DNA of 24,000 nucleotides from Cenarchaeum symbiosum A (GCA_000200715.1 DP000238.1:6519-30518), one strand, 5' to 3'. Shown: positions 1-7,681, counted from the first letter of the stretch. Program-made: numbers and translations. Notes: generated by a model from the letters alone, not told the origin.

Positions 1-836
1 AGCATCCCAGAGACGGGGCCCACCGGATTGCATACGAAGATGTGCCAGGCTTTGCAGACGGCACAATCGAGGTGCCCGCTCTCAGACAGGCCATCAGCAT
101 GTGGGGTGCGTACAACGCCGGCCTAGAATTTTTGATAACAGAGAGCCCCGATGTAACCATAGTCTGGGAGAAGACCATCCCTGGAGACGCTGTAGGCTTG
201 CACGGGCCCGTACATGATGGGAAGGACATTGTACTTAGGGTGCAGATGGGCGACTATGGCTGCGACGGTAGATACTACCTGTACTCGCAGGACAAGCTTG
301 CCGATACCATATCGCATGGGCTGGGCCACCATCTGGGACTGGGCCACGTGATAACAGAGGATCACCTCATGTTTGGCGCGAACGGCGTGGGGCCTGTTGC
401 ATTCGACAGCCTCGGGTATGTGGTGCCTGCCAGGGTGGAATATGACAGATTCCTGCTGCAAGAAGAGCTGGATGCGGTAATGGGGGGAATCGACCGGGAA
501 CTGGTCGGGATCTCCATATCGTTAGAAGGGGTGAACAGCACGCTCAACGAGATGCGTCCAGAATATGAGGAGATGGATGCCGAATACAAGAGGCTCTCCA
601 GACTCTACTCCGCGTACCCGTCAGATATAGACGAAGACGATGACATAGCGTACAGGGCCGCAATGAAGCTGCGCGACCAGCTGGACGACATGAAGGAGGA
701 ATATGAGAGGCTGGCCGAGGATATAGATGGACTAGAGGATACGTACGACATGAACGTCGAGGAGCAGGATGCCCTAAACGACAAGCACAGCCTGCTTGCC
801 GAACGGCACAACTGCATCAATCTAAGGGAGACCTAA
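1..836 (+). CDS. Metzincin (matrixin/M10)-like domain protein with acidic coiled-coil C-terminus; 5' end runs off the window
   Basis: The frame is open from nt 3 to the TAA at 834-836; the ORF track starts it at an internal GTG (nt 42). SHGLGHHLGLGHV..EDHLMF fits HExxHxxGxxH plus a Met-turn, except that Gly occupies the Glu position. The last ~110 aa are E/D/K/R-rich and heptad-like. Confidence 0.6.
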   Translation, partial: HPRDGAHRIAYEDVPGFADGTIEVPALRQAISMWGAYNAGLEFLITESPDVTIVWEKTIPGDAVGLHGPVHDGKDIVLRVQMGDYGCDGRYYLYSQDKLADTISHGLGHHLGLGHVITEDHLMFGANGVGPVAFDSLGYVVPARVEYDRFLLQEELDAVMGGIDRELVGISISLEGVNSTLNEMRPEYEEMDAEYKRLSRLYSAYPSDIDEDDDIAYRAAMKLRDQLDDMKEEYERLAEDIDGLEDTYDMNVEEQDALNDKHSLLAERHNCINLRET

Positions 837-938
837 TCGGTACAGGGCCCGGCTCTGGCAGACTGTCTAGAACTGCCTGGCCAGTCCACGCACGAACCAT
901 CAAAGCTAGTTAAAATATGACGGCAGCCCACCTATTTC

Positions 939-1436
939 ATGCAGAGTAAGATGGAGCTCATTACAAACGTGCTAAAGATAAGGACCTATGCCATGATAGC
1001 AGTGGTAGGGGCTGCCGGGCTGGGCACGTTATACTATTTCCTGACCATGTCGATGCTCCACCTGCACTTTGGGCCCGTCATGGAGATCAGCCCGTGGTAC
1101 ATCACGACATCCATAACTCTCACCGTGGTCATCTCTGCCCTGGCAGGCGTCAACTTTGCCATGATGGCATACAAGATTAGAAGGGCAAGGATGATGAACT
1201 CTGTCAAATCCAACTCGTCAGCCATACTCGGAGGGGCGTTTGCTGCGTTCACACCTGGCTGTCCAGCGTGTACCGCGCCCCTGGCGGTAATCCTGGGGGC
1301 GGTAGGTGGCCTCTCGCTGTTCCCCATGCAGGGGCTAGAGCTCAAGTTCATCTCGGTGGGAGCGCTGCTCTTTTCTGTATACTGGATAACCCGGAACATG
1401 CAGAATAGCTGCTGCAAGGTAAAGCAGGATATCTAG
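939..1436 (+). CDS. Small integral membrane protein (about 4 TM) with intramembrane CPAC motif and C-terminal CC pair
   Basis: 165-aa ORF with four hydrophobic segments. FTPGCPACTAP lies in the third segment, and the protein ends NSCCKVKQDI. A TATA-like ttaaaatat (910-918) lies 21 nt before the ATG. Confidence 0.6.
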   Translation: MQSKMELITNVLKIRTYAMIAVVGAAGLGTLYYFLTMSMLHLHFGPVMEISPWYITTSITLTVVISALAGVNFAMMAYKIRRARMMNSVKSNSSAILGGAFAAFTPGCPACTAPLAVILGAVGGLSLFPMQGLELKFISVGALLFSVYWITRNMQNSCCKVKQDI

Positions 1437-1463
1437 ATACGCACCTGTTTAATATCCCCGTAC

Positions 1464-2159
1464 ATGAGGCACCGCATGGATCCACCCACCCACAGAATTA
1501 TAGTGGACGAGCGCGAGCGCCGCAGCGGGATACCCGACCTGCTAAAGTCGGTGGACATCAACGTAGAGGTAAAGACGCTCCCGATAGGCGACTATATTGT
1601 CGCCCACGAGACAGTAGTGGAGAGAAAGAGCCTGCCCGATTTGATATCGTCTGTATTCGATGGCAGATTGTACGACCAATGCGACCGTCTACGGGAGAAC
1701 TTTGAGCACCCGATAATACTGATGGAGGGAAACGTAGATGAAATAGACGACATAATAGAAAACCCCCTCACCTTCTACGGGGCAGTATCTAGGATTGCTC
1801 TGGATTTTAAAATCCCCATAATACCCACTCCGAGCGCCGCCCATACCGCAAAACTGCTAGTCTCCATGTGCCTCAAAAAGGACAGGGCCGCGGGGCCGTT
1901 TCTAAAAAAGATAAAAAAGTCAAACGATGTGCAGAAACAGCAGCTCTCCTCTCTGAGCAGCCTGCCCGGGGTAGGCGAGAAGCTGGCAGGCCGCATGCTC
2001 GAAAAATTCGGCACACCTCTCCGCACGTTCAACGCATCTTCAGCCGAGCTATCAAAGGTGGCGGGCCTTGGGCCCTCCCGGGCAAAAAAGATCCGCAAGA
2101 TGCTCGATACAAAGAGCAGTCTGCACAAAAAGGGAAACCAGAGCACGCTTCAGGAATGA
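1464..2159 (+). CDS. xpf: XPF/ERCC4-family structure-specific endonuclease, short archaeal form (nuclease domain plus (HhH)2)
   Basis: VDERE, then GDY...VERKSLPDL (the GDXn-ERKX3D nuclease motif). C-terminal LPGVGEKLAGRMLEKFGT...VAGLGPSRAKKI forms tandem helix-hairpin-helix motifs. The second ATG at 1476 sits 21 nt after tttaatat (1448-1455) and may be the true start. Confidence 0.9.
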   Translation: MRHRMDPPTHRIIVDERERRSGIPDLLKSVDINVEVKTLPIGDYIVAHETVVERKSLPDLISSVFDGRLYDQCDRLRENFEHPIILMEGNVDEIDDIIENPLTFYGAVSRIALDFKIPIIPTPSAAHTAKLLVSMCLKKDRAAGPFLKKIKKSNDVQKQQLSSLSSLPGVGEKLAGRMLEKFGTPLRTFNASSAELSKVAGLGPSRAKKIRKMLDTKSSLHKKGNQSTLQE

Positions 2160-2629
2160 CTGACTAGCTTCTTTTTTAGCGGGTTGCCGCATCTGGGGCA
2201 CTCTGTTACCCCATTGAATCTCTTTTTGCAGCCAGGACAGTAGCGGATCCATCTGCCCGCGCGCTTTATTCCCGCGGTCATTATCGGCACTATCTTTATG
2301 CCCAAGATTGCGGCCACATTTGATACGGCAAAGTCGTCTGTCAATAGCTCCCCGCCAGTCTCTATCGATAGTGCCAGTACCGAGAGGTCCTCGGCGGAGA
2401 GCTCATGCACGTCACCTGTCTTTTCTGCGGCAGACCTAGCTTTCCCAAGGGATTCGGTCCCTGGCTCTCTTATTACAATGCGGCCCATCCCCACCAACGT
2501 ATCCAGCACTCCCTGCCTGCCCCGGATGTGCCTCACCTCTTCAAAGACCTGCGGGGTCGTATGGTACGTATCAGAGGTTCCAAAGGGTACACCTGCATAA
2601 AATGAGCTTGCATCAAGTATCTTTATCAT
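2150..2629 (-). CDS. nob1: Nob1-like PIN-domain endonuclease with C-terminal zinc ribbon (20S pre-rRNA D-site nuclease homolog)
   Basis: MIKILDASSF..., DLSVLALS and LLTDDFAVSNVAAILGI are PIN acidic motifs. The C-terminal CPGCKKRF...CPRCG is a zinc ribbon. The start is trimmed to the ATG at 2629; the track ORF begins at an upstream TTG. The 3' end overlaps the xpf 3' end by 10 nt. Confidence 0.8.
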   Translation of the reverse strand: MIKILDASSFYAGVPFGTSDTYHTTPQVFEEVRHIRGRQGVLDTLVGMGRIVIREPGTESLGKARSAAEKTGDVHELSAEDLSVLALSIETGGELLTDDFAVSNVAAILGIKIVPIMTAGIKRAGRWIRYCPGCKKRFNGVTECPRCGNPLKKKLVSHS

Positions 2630-2876
2630 GTCGGTAGCCGTTTCACGCCTATTCTGAACACCCCCTAAAACGCTTTTAAATATATGCTCACGTGAGACCC
2701 ATGTTACGTTATCTAGATACCTGCCGCCTCCACACATATCTGGCCCATGAGCCAAGCCCGGCAAAAGTATACTCCAAACAAGCTCGGATCAATGTTTAAA
2801 TATTTAACAAAGTTCCAACACCATCAGCGATGAAAATAATTCATTTCCATAATGCCACACTCGGGAACTAAATATC

Positions 2877-4013
2877 ATGAATAACACGATACTTGGATTA
2901 GTGCTCGTGGCTACCGTATTCTTGCTGGGAAATTACTTCGCTTATGCTCAAACAGGAGAACAAAACTCCCCATGGATAAAACCTTTCTTCGAGGATTATG
3001 CTACTGGGAAAGTGTCGGATTCGCAGATGTTGGATTACATAAGTCGTCTAATACGGAATGGTGACGTACCTGTTTTTACGCATGGATTTCATGACAATTC
3101 TGCGTTTATCTATCCGCCAGAACCAGATGACGATTCAGACTTGACTATCAATACAATTTCTTGGATAGATCCTGGTTACGCCGGCACGGGTGATGCGTAT
3201 AATGTTGGCAACATGATTGAAGATCGAGGAGATTTCTATCATACCTATGATGAACATCCAAACTCTCCTTATCCCAAACATAGTTCTGCTGATACTTATC
3301 TCAGGGATTCAAAGCTATTTGAATCAAAAATGGATTTCATAAACGCAGCATTTCGCTTGCCACATGATATAGAAATATCTGCGGAGGAATGCGAGGTAGA
3401 AAATGCGTTCTGGCGTAATGGACGAATAGTAATATGTTACGAGCTGTTTTACGGTATTCTAAATGATTACCAGCATCATAATTTTGATCAATCAACACCT
3501 CAGCGTATATATCTACATGATGGATTGGACTATGCAAACACTGTTTTGTACTTCATATTTTACCACGAGCTTGCACATGCATTAATTGACGTATATGATC
3601 TGCCCATTACGGGTTTGGAAGAGAATGCAGCGGATCAGTTTGCGGCACTTATAATGACGTATACGGTTGATGAAGATGGAAATCAGATTGTGGGCAGAAA
3701 CATGTTAAAGACGGTGGGATCATATTATTTTGACAGACATAGATATTCCACTGAAAATTGTCCGGTATCCTCACCTACAATCCATGCTTGTTTTCATCCA
3801 TATTGGGATACGCATGCAGTAGACATACAGAGACATTACAATCTGTTGTGTTATGTATACGGCTCAGATCCTCAAAATAACCAGAACCTGGTAGATTTGG
3901 GTTACCTGCCCCAAGACCGAGCCAGAGGATGCGAGCACGAATATAAGAGAATTGATGAAAGTTGGAGGGTACTTTTGAAGAATTATGCGATATTACCAGA
4001 TCGGACTAGCTAA
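2877..4013 (+). CDS. Secreted putative zinc metallopeptidase (HExxH; resembles the DUF4344 family)
   Basis: Signal peptide MNNTILGLVLVATVFLLGNYFAYAQ. Motifs ENAFWRNGRIVICYE and YHELAHALIDVYDLPITGLEENAADQFA, plus a conserved C-terminal Cys/His/Trp pattern. The coding sequence is AT-rich relative to its flanks. Confidence 0.75.
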   Translation: MNNTILGLVLVATVFLLGNYFAYAQTGEQNSPWIKPFFEDYATGKVSDSQMLDYISRLIRNGDVPVFTHGFHDNSAFIYPPEPDDDSDLTINTISWIDPGYAGTGDAYNVGNMIEDRGDFYHTYDEHPNSPYPKHSSADTYLRDSKLFESKMDFINAAFRLPHDIEISAEECEVENAFWRNGRIVICYELFYGILNDYQHHNFDQSTPQRIYLHDGLDYANTVLYFIFYHELAHALIDVYDLPITGLEENAADQFAALIMTYTVDEDGNQIVGRNMLKTVGSYYFDRHRYSTENCPVSSPTIHACFHPYWDTHAVDIQRHYNLLCYVYGSDPQNNQNLVDLGYLPQDRARGCEHEYKRIDESWRVLLKNYAILPDRTS

Positions 4014-4306
4014 CAGGGTGATGGCGGACAGAAGTGCTGTGTCACGTATAATGCAGCTCATAAATTATGAGTTGCTATTCCGGGACACGTGTGGAATGCC
4101 TAATTCTATATTCGAGGCCATTTTGGTGTTATTTGAGAGGCGACATATGCCGATTAGAATAAGTATTCTGTATCTTCTGCTAGATAACAATAAATTGGAT
4201 CTAATTTGACTGGCTATGTGATAGTAACTATGGAACAATGCTATGGGCGCCCCTATAACCAGTTTGCATCTAATCCGGTTGCGTTCAATATATGGTGATA
4301 TGAGCA

Positions 4307-5305
4307 ATGCAGTATAAAACTATGTGGATTGTCGTTATGCTGACTATATTTCTGTCAGCAGGGAGTTTTGAGGCACATGCCCAGCATGGGGAATCAATTC
4401 CATCGTGGGTAAGAACCATCTTTAACAGTTACGCCGAAGATCATATTACGGATGAGGAAATGTTAAATATAATTGGCTATCTTGTACAGATCGGAGTAAT
4501 ACCGATAAGCCAGTCAATTATTGATCCAGGTAATCTGTATGTGACATATTACGACAATCCTAATCCAAGATACGACGGTGTATCGGGAGAAGTATTGAGG
4601 AGTAGTATGATACTTGAACGTGAAGTAGATTATATTAATGAAAATTTCCGTTTGCCTCATGACATACAGATAATCACAGAGGAATGTGGAAAAAAGACCA
4701 CATATTACAACAACCGAGAAATTGTCATCTGCTATGAATTTATAAACGATCTATTTTATACAAACTTCATCTCCAATGAGGACAAATACAAGCGTGATCA
4801 TGATAGTATGCTTAAATTCGCAGCGACCCAGGCAACATCAATGCTAACTTATGTAATATATCATGAGCTTGCTCATGCCTTGATTGATATGTATGAACTG
4901 CCCATTAAAAACCAAGAAAGCGCGGCTGATCAGTTTGCATCTCTTGTATTGCTGCATCGTTATGGTAATAGTGGTACAATGTAGGGACAATTTCTAATGG
5001 ATGATGTAATAATGTTCTATATCTACAAAGATCATTGGACTGATTTCTGTGAACACGATACCCAAGCATCAGAGATCTGTATAGAAACTTATTGGAGCGG
5101 GCATGGTTCACATGCATACAGACAGAGTGACTTTAGTTGTTATGCTTATGGAGCCGATCCTGTTGGAAATAGCTTTATGATTGGCTATGAGATTACCGCG
5201 GAACGGGCCTTAGAATGCGAGCTCATCTACCCACAAATCGTTTCCTATTGGAATCACCAGCTCTATGGTTATACCAACGAGCCCATATTTGTCGACAACG
5301 GCTGA
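4307..5305 (+). pseudogene. Paralog of the 2877-4013 peptidase, interrupted by a single in-frame TAG (4982-4984)
   Basis: ORFs 4307-4984 and 4997-5305 are in the same frame and together are colinear with the upstream paralog: signal peptide, N-terminal motif, NNREIVICYE, YHELAHALIDMYELPI..ESAADQFA, then YW.GH...C.AYGADP after the stop. Confidence 0.6.
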
Positions 5306-5602
5306 TTTAATACAATCTTGTGATCACACAGACTATTGTTTTTACACTCATGGGCATGAACCGCTGTCATAGATACGCCTGCAAGTAGGCCGATACGTAA
5401 ATTGATGGCTTCCTCACCGTTACACGTATACTACCTTTACTGTCTTCATAGAAAAGCGACCGGGATGGCAAACGCTTTATGGATGCAGGGGCGCACCGCT
5501 TATTCTGGGTACGAGATGTTACTGTTGATGGTCGTGAACTTGAGTTGTCGAAATAGACGAATCCTACAATAATCTTATATTGTAGACCGGCAATCTACCC
5601 GC

Positions 5603-6007
5603 ATGAGAACAGCACTAATCGCGGCACTATCCGTTCTGATGGTCTCATTTGGCGCCTCTGCAATGGCTGAAGATACCCCTGCTACCGAGACTACCTCGAT
5701 AGACGGGATCATCGGCCTTGAAAAGACCACCCTTACGTTTAGCGCCCCAGCAACAAACACACTCCCTTGGGGATACGTAGAGGGAACAGTGGACAACCAC
5801 GTCCAGGGCCATCCGGTAATAATCCAGATGTATGCCGAAGGCGAGGCAACCCACTTTGCACAGGCAGGTGTGGCAGAAGACGGCAGCTACGAGTACAAGT
5901 TTAGAGTGAGAAGCATAGATGACGGCGAGATAATCAGGACCTTCCTTGGCGACTATACAGTAGTGATATACAAGGTTGTATACCTGGACACTGTCAGCTC
6001 GGCCTAA
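5603..6007 (+). CDS. Small secreted hypothetical protein
   Basis: 134-aa ORF with signal peptide MRTALIAALSVLMVSFGASAMA. The mature part looks beta-rich. A TATA-like element lies about 22-29 nt upstream. I recognise no family. Confidence 0.55.
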   Translation: MRTALIAALSVLMVSFGASAMAEDTPATETTSIDGIIGLEKTTLTFSAPATNTLPWGYVEGTVDNHVQGHPVIIQMYAEGEATHFAQAGVAEDGSYEYKFRVRSIDDGEIIRTFLGDYTVVIYKVVYLDTVSSA

Positions 6008-6972
6008 AACCCGCGCAAACCCTTTGGCCGTATGACCTCGGGATGTGACCTCATCCACGATATGTTTTTGAGCATTTCTTCCTTGTCGGCGGGGAACGTC
6101 CCCTTTACGTTGTACGCATTGGAGCCGTGGTTGGCCCGGAATACAATGCTATCTTCTGTCTCTATGCTACCTACTAGATTCTGCAGCTCTCTGAGCGCCT
6201 CCTCGTCCGATACAGGTATGAACTCTTCTCCAAACTTTTCGAGAAACTCGCCCTTTATCCCGTTCTCGAGGTATAACGTCAAAGCCCCCACATAGTTGGG
6301 CGAGCATGAATTTATCAGCTCGGCAGTGCCCCGGATGTGCTCTTCCGAGTGCGTCCTGCCTCCGAGCCCCAGTATGATCATGCACGACATGACATATCCG
6401 GCTCCTTTGCCGCGGTTGACGGCCTTTGATATCATGGAACTTGTGGCCCCTTTGGTCACCTTCTTTAACACAAGGTCCGAGCCGCTCTCTACTCCAAGGT
6501 ACAGCATATCAAGGCCCGCCTCCCTCAGCCTGTTCAGCTCGTCATCGCTCTTCTTTAGTATGTTCATCGGCATGGCATAGCATGAAATCCTCTCAAGGGA
6601 CGGGAAGCTCTCCTTTACATGCCGGACTATCTTTACCATGTAGTCGGTGTCAAGGTTCAGGGCATCCCCGTCTGCCAGAAAGACCCTCTTTGTATCGGGC
6701 ATCTGTCTGGCCATAAGATCAATCTCCGATCTTACCTGCTCCCACGGCCTCTCCGAGTATTCCTTTGAACGGTACATGTCACAGAACGAGCACTGGTTGA
6801 ACGAGCAGCCCAGCGTAACCTGGAATATCATCGACCGCGCCTCGGATGGCGGCCTGTACAGGGGATAGTCATATTCCATTGAACAGCAGGCTATCGAACC
6901 GCCTTTTATTCCTACCATGTGTATACTGCGGGCCGGGGGGCCTTGTGCGTCTATTTGACCGGGCAGCCCCAT
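6004..6972 (-). CDS. Radical SAM domain protein (function unknown)
   Basis: PLYRPPSEARSMIFQVTLGCSFNQCSFCDMY cysteine triad, then FLADGDAL and GVESGS, which are typical of the radical SAM core. The ATG at 6972 lies ~20 nt from a TATA-like taataa on the minus strand. Internal ATGs at 6918 and 6879 are alternative starts. Confidence 0.8.
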   Translation of the reverse strand: MGLPGQIDAQGPPARSIHMVGIKGGSIACCSMEYDYPLYRPPSEARSMIFQVTLGCSFNQCSFCDMYRSKEYSERPWEQVRSEIDLMARQMPDTKRVFLADGDALNLDTDYMVKIVRHVKESFPSLERISCYAMPMNILKKSDDELNRLREAGLDMLYLGVESGSDLVLKKVTKGATSSMISKAVNRGKGAGYVMSCMIILGLGGRTHSEEHIRGTAELINSCSPNYVGALTLYLENGIKGEFLEKFGEEFIPVSDEEALRELQNLVGSIETEDSIVFRANHGSNAYNVKGTFPADKEEMLKNISWMRSHPEVIRPKGLRGF

Positions 6973-7047
6973 GCCATGCCTCCGGCCCGCTTATTACAGG
7001 ACATACCGCGTGCATCCAGGGCGTTGTCCCGGGCCTAGAGTTGCATG

Positions 7048-7055
7048 TTAAATAT
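7048..7055 (+). promoter_or_regulatory. TATA-like box for the zinc-ribbon micro-ORF / RNase H unit
   Basis: ttaaatat lies 21 nt upstream of the ATG at 7076, the same geometry as other genes in the window. Confidence 0.4.
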
Positions 7056-7075
7056 CATCTGCTCCCATTTACCCC

Positions 7076-7186
7076 ATGACCAGATACACCTGCCCCCGTT
7101 GCTTTGGATTCCTCCTGATGAGCGACAGGCTGTGCATGTGGTGTGGAAAAGAGCTGGATCCCGAATCAGATGACGATGACAAGTAG
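7076..7186 (+). CDS. 36-aa 4-Cys zinc-ribbon micro-protein (not in the ORF track)
   Basis: Hand translation: MTRYTCPRCFGFLLMSDRLCMWCGKELDPESDDDDK, ending at a TAG. It has CxxC-x10-CxxC. ttaaatat at 7048-7055 lies 21 nt before the ATG. Confidence 0.45.
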   Translation: MTRYTCPRCFGFLLMSDRLCMWCGKELDPESDDDDK

Positions 7187-7279
7187 GCATGGGCGGCCTG
7201 CCCCGGGCGCCGACTCCCGGGATCACGGCGCACAGTATCCTGCATATGCAGATATACCGCATGCTACAGCCGCGGCACA

Positions 7280-7633
7280 TTGGCACCCACGATATACACC
7301 GACGGCTCCGGGGGCAGCGAGTCGGGCTTTGGCTACTATATCCAAGAGACCGGCCATACATTCCATGAGAAAAAAGAAGGCATTACAAGCAACCAGGCAG
7401 AATACCATGCCATACTGGCAGTCCTAAAGGCCGCAGACCCCGCCGAGCCCCTGGTGATATACAGCGATTCCAAGAATACAGTATCCCAGCTCAACCACGA
7501 ATTTGCGATAAACGACAACACCCTGAGAAATCTTGCAAGGGAGGCATGGCCTATAATGGCGCGCTTTGCCAGCCTGGAGATAAGGTGGGTCCCGCGCGCC
7601 GAGAACCCCGCGGGAAAGATGCTCGGAAGCTAG
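7280..7633 (+). CDS. RNase H (type 1)-like protein
   Basis: IYTDGSGG (Asp), NQAEYHAIL (Glu), IYSDSK (Asp) and WVPRAEN match the RNase HI core. The only in-frame start after the upstream TAG is TTG at 7280. Confidence 0.65.
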   Translation: MAPTIYTDGSGGSESGFGYYIQETGHTFHEKKEGITSNQAEYHAILAVLKAADPAEPLVIYSDSKNTVSQLNHEFAINDNTLRNLAREAWPIMARFASLEIRWVPRAENPAGKMLGS

Positions 7634-7681
7634 GCATGTTTAGCTAGCTTTATTACGGCACTACCTTCCGATCCGGTTGGC

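Noticed and set aside
3985-4307. ORFs 3985-4209(+) and 4065-4307(-) in the spacer between the two peptidase paralogs.
   Set aside because: They overlap each other and the upstream gene end, and they lie in AT-rich DNA where stop-free runs of this size are less expected but still possible. They have no motifs, and the spacer carries the promoter of the second paralog. Confidence is too low to call.
5330-5540. A stop-free reverse-strand stretch of ~64 codons in the 5306-5602 spacer, as a possible gene remnant.
   Set aside because: It has no start codon, no recognisable similarity to the neighbouring paralogs or any family I know, and a mixed composition. It cannot be supported from sequence alone.
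2630-5602. Interpreting the low-GC island as an integrated mobile element or provirus.
   Set aside because: I found no integrase, transposase or structural genes, no adjacent tRNA, and no direct repeats of 10 nt or more at the borders by eye. Only compositional evidence remains, so it is reported as an island, not a mobile element.
4982-7186. Two in-frame TAG codons (4982, 7184) as evidence of pyrrolysine or genetic-code reassignment.
   Set aside because: TAG also terminates ordinary genes in this window: L37e, Sm, the cupredoxin, the radical SAM protein. No pyl genes are visible, and the lineage is not known for TAG recoding. Nonsense mutation, assembly variant or separate cistrons are simpler explanations.
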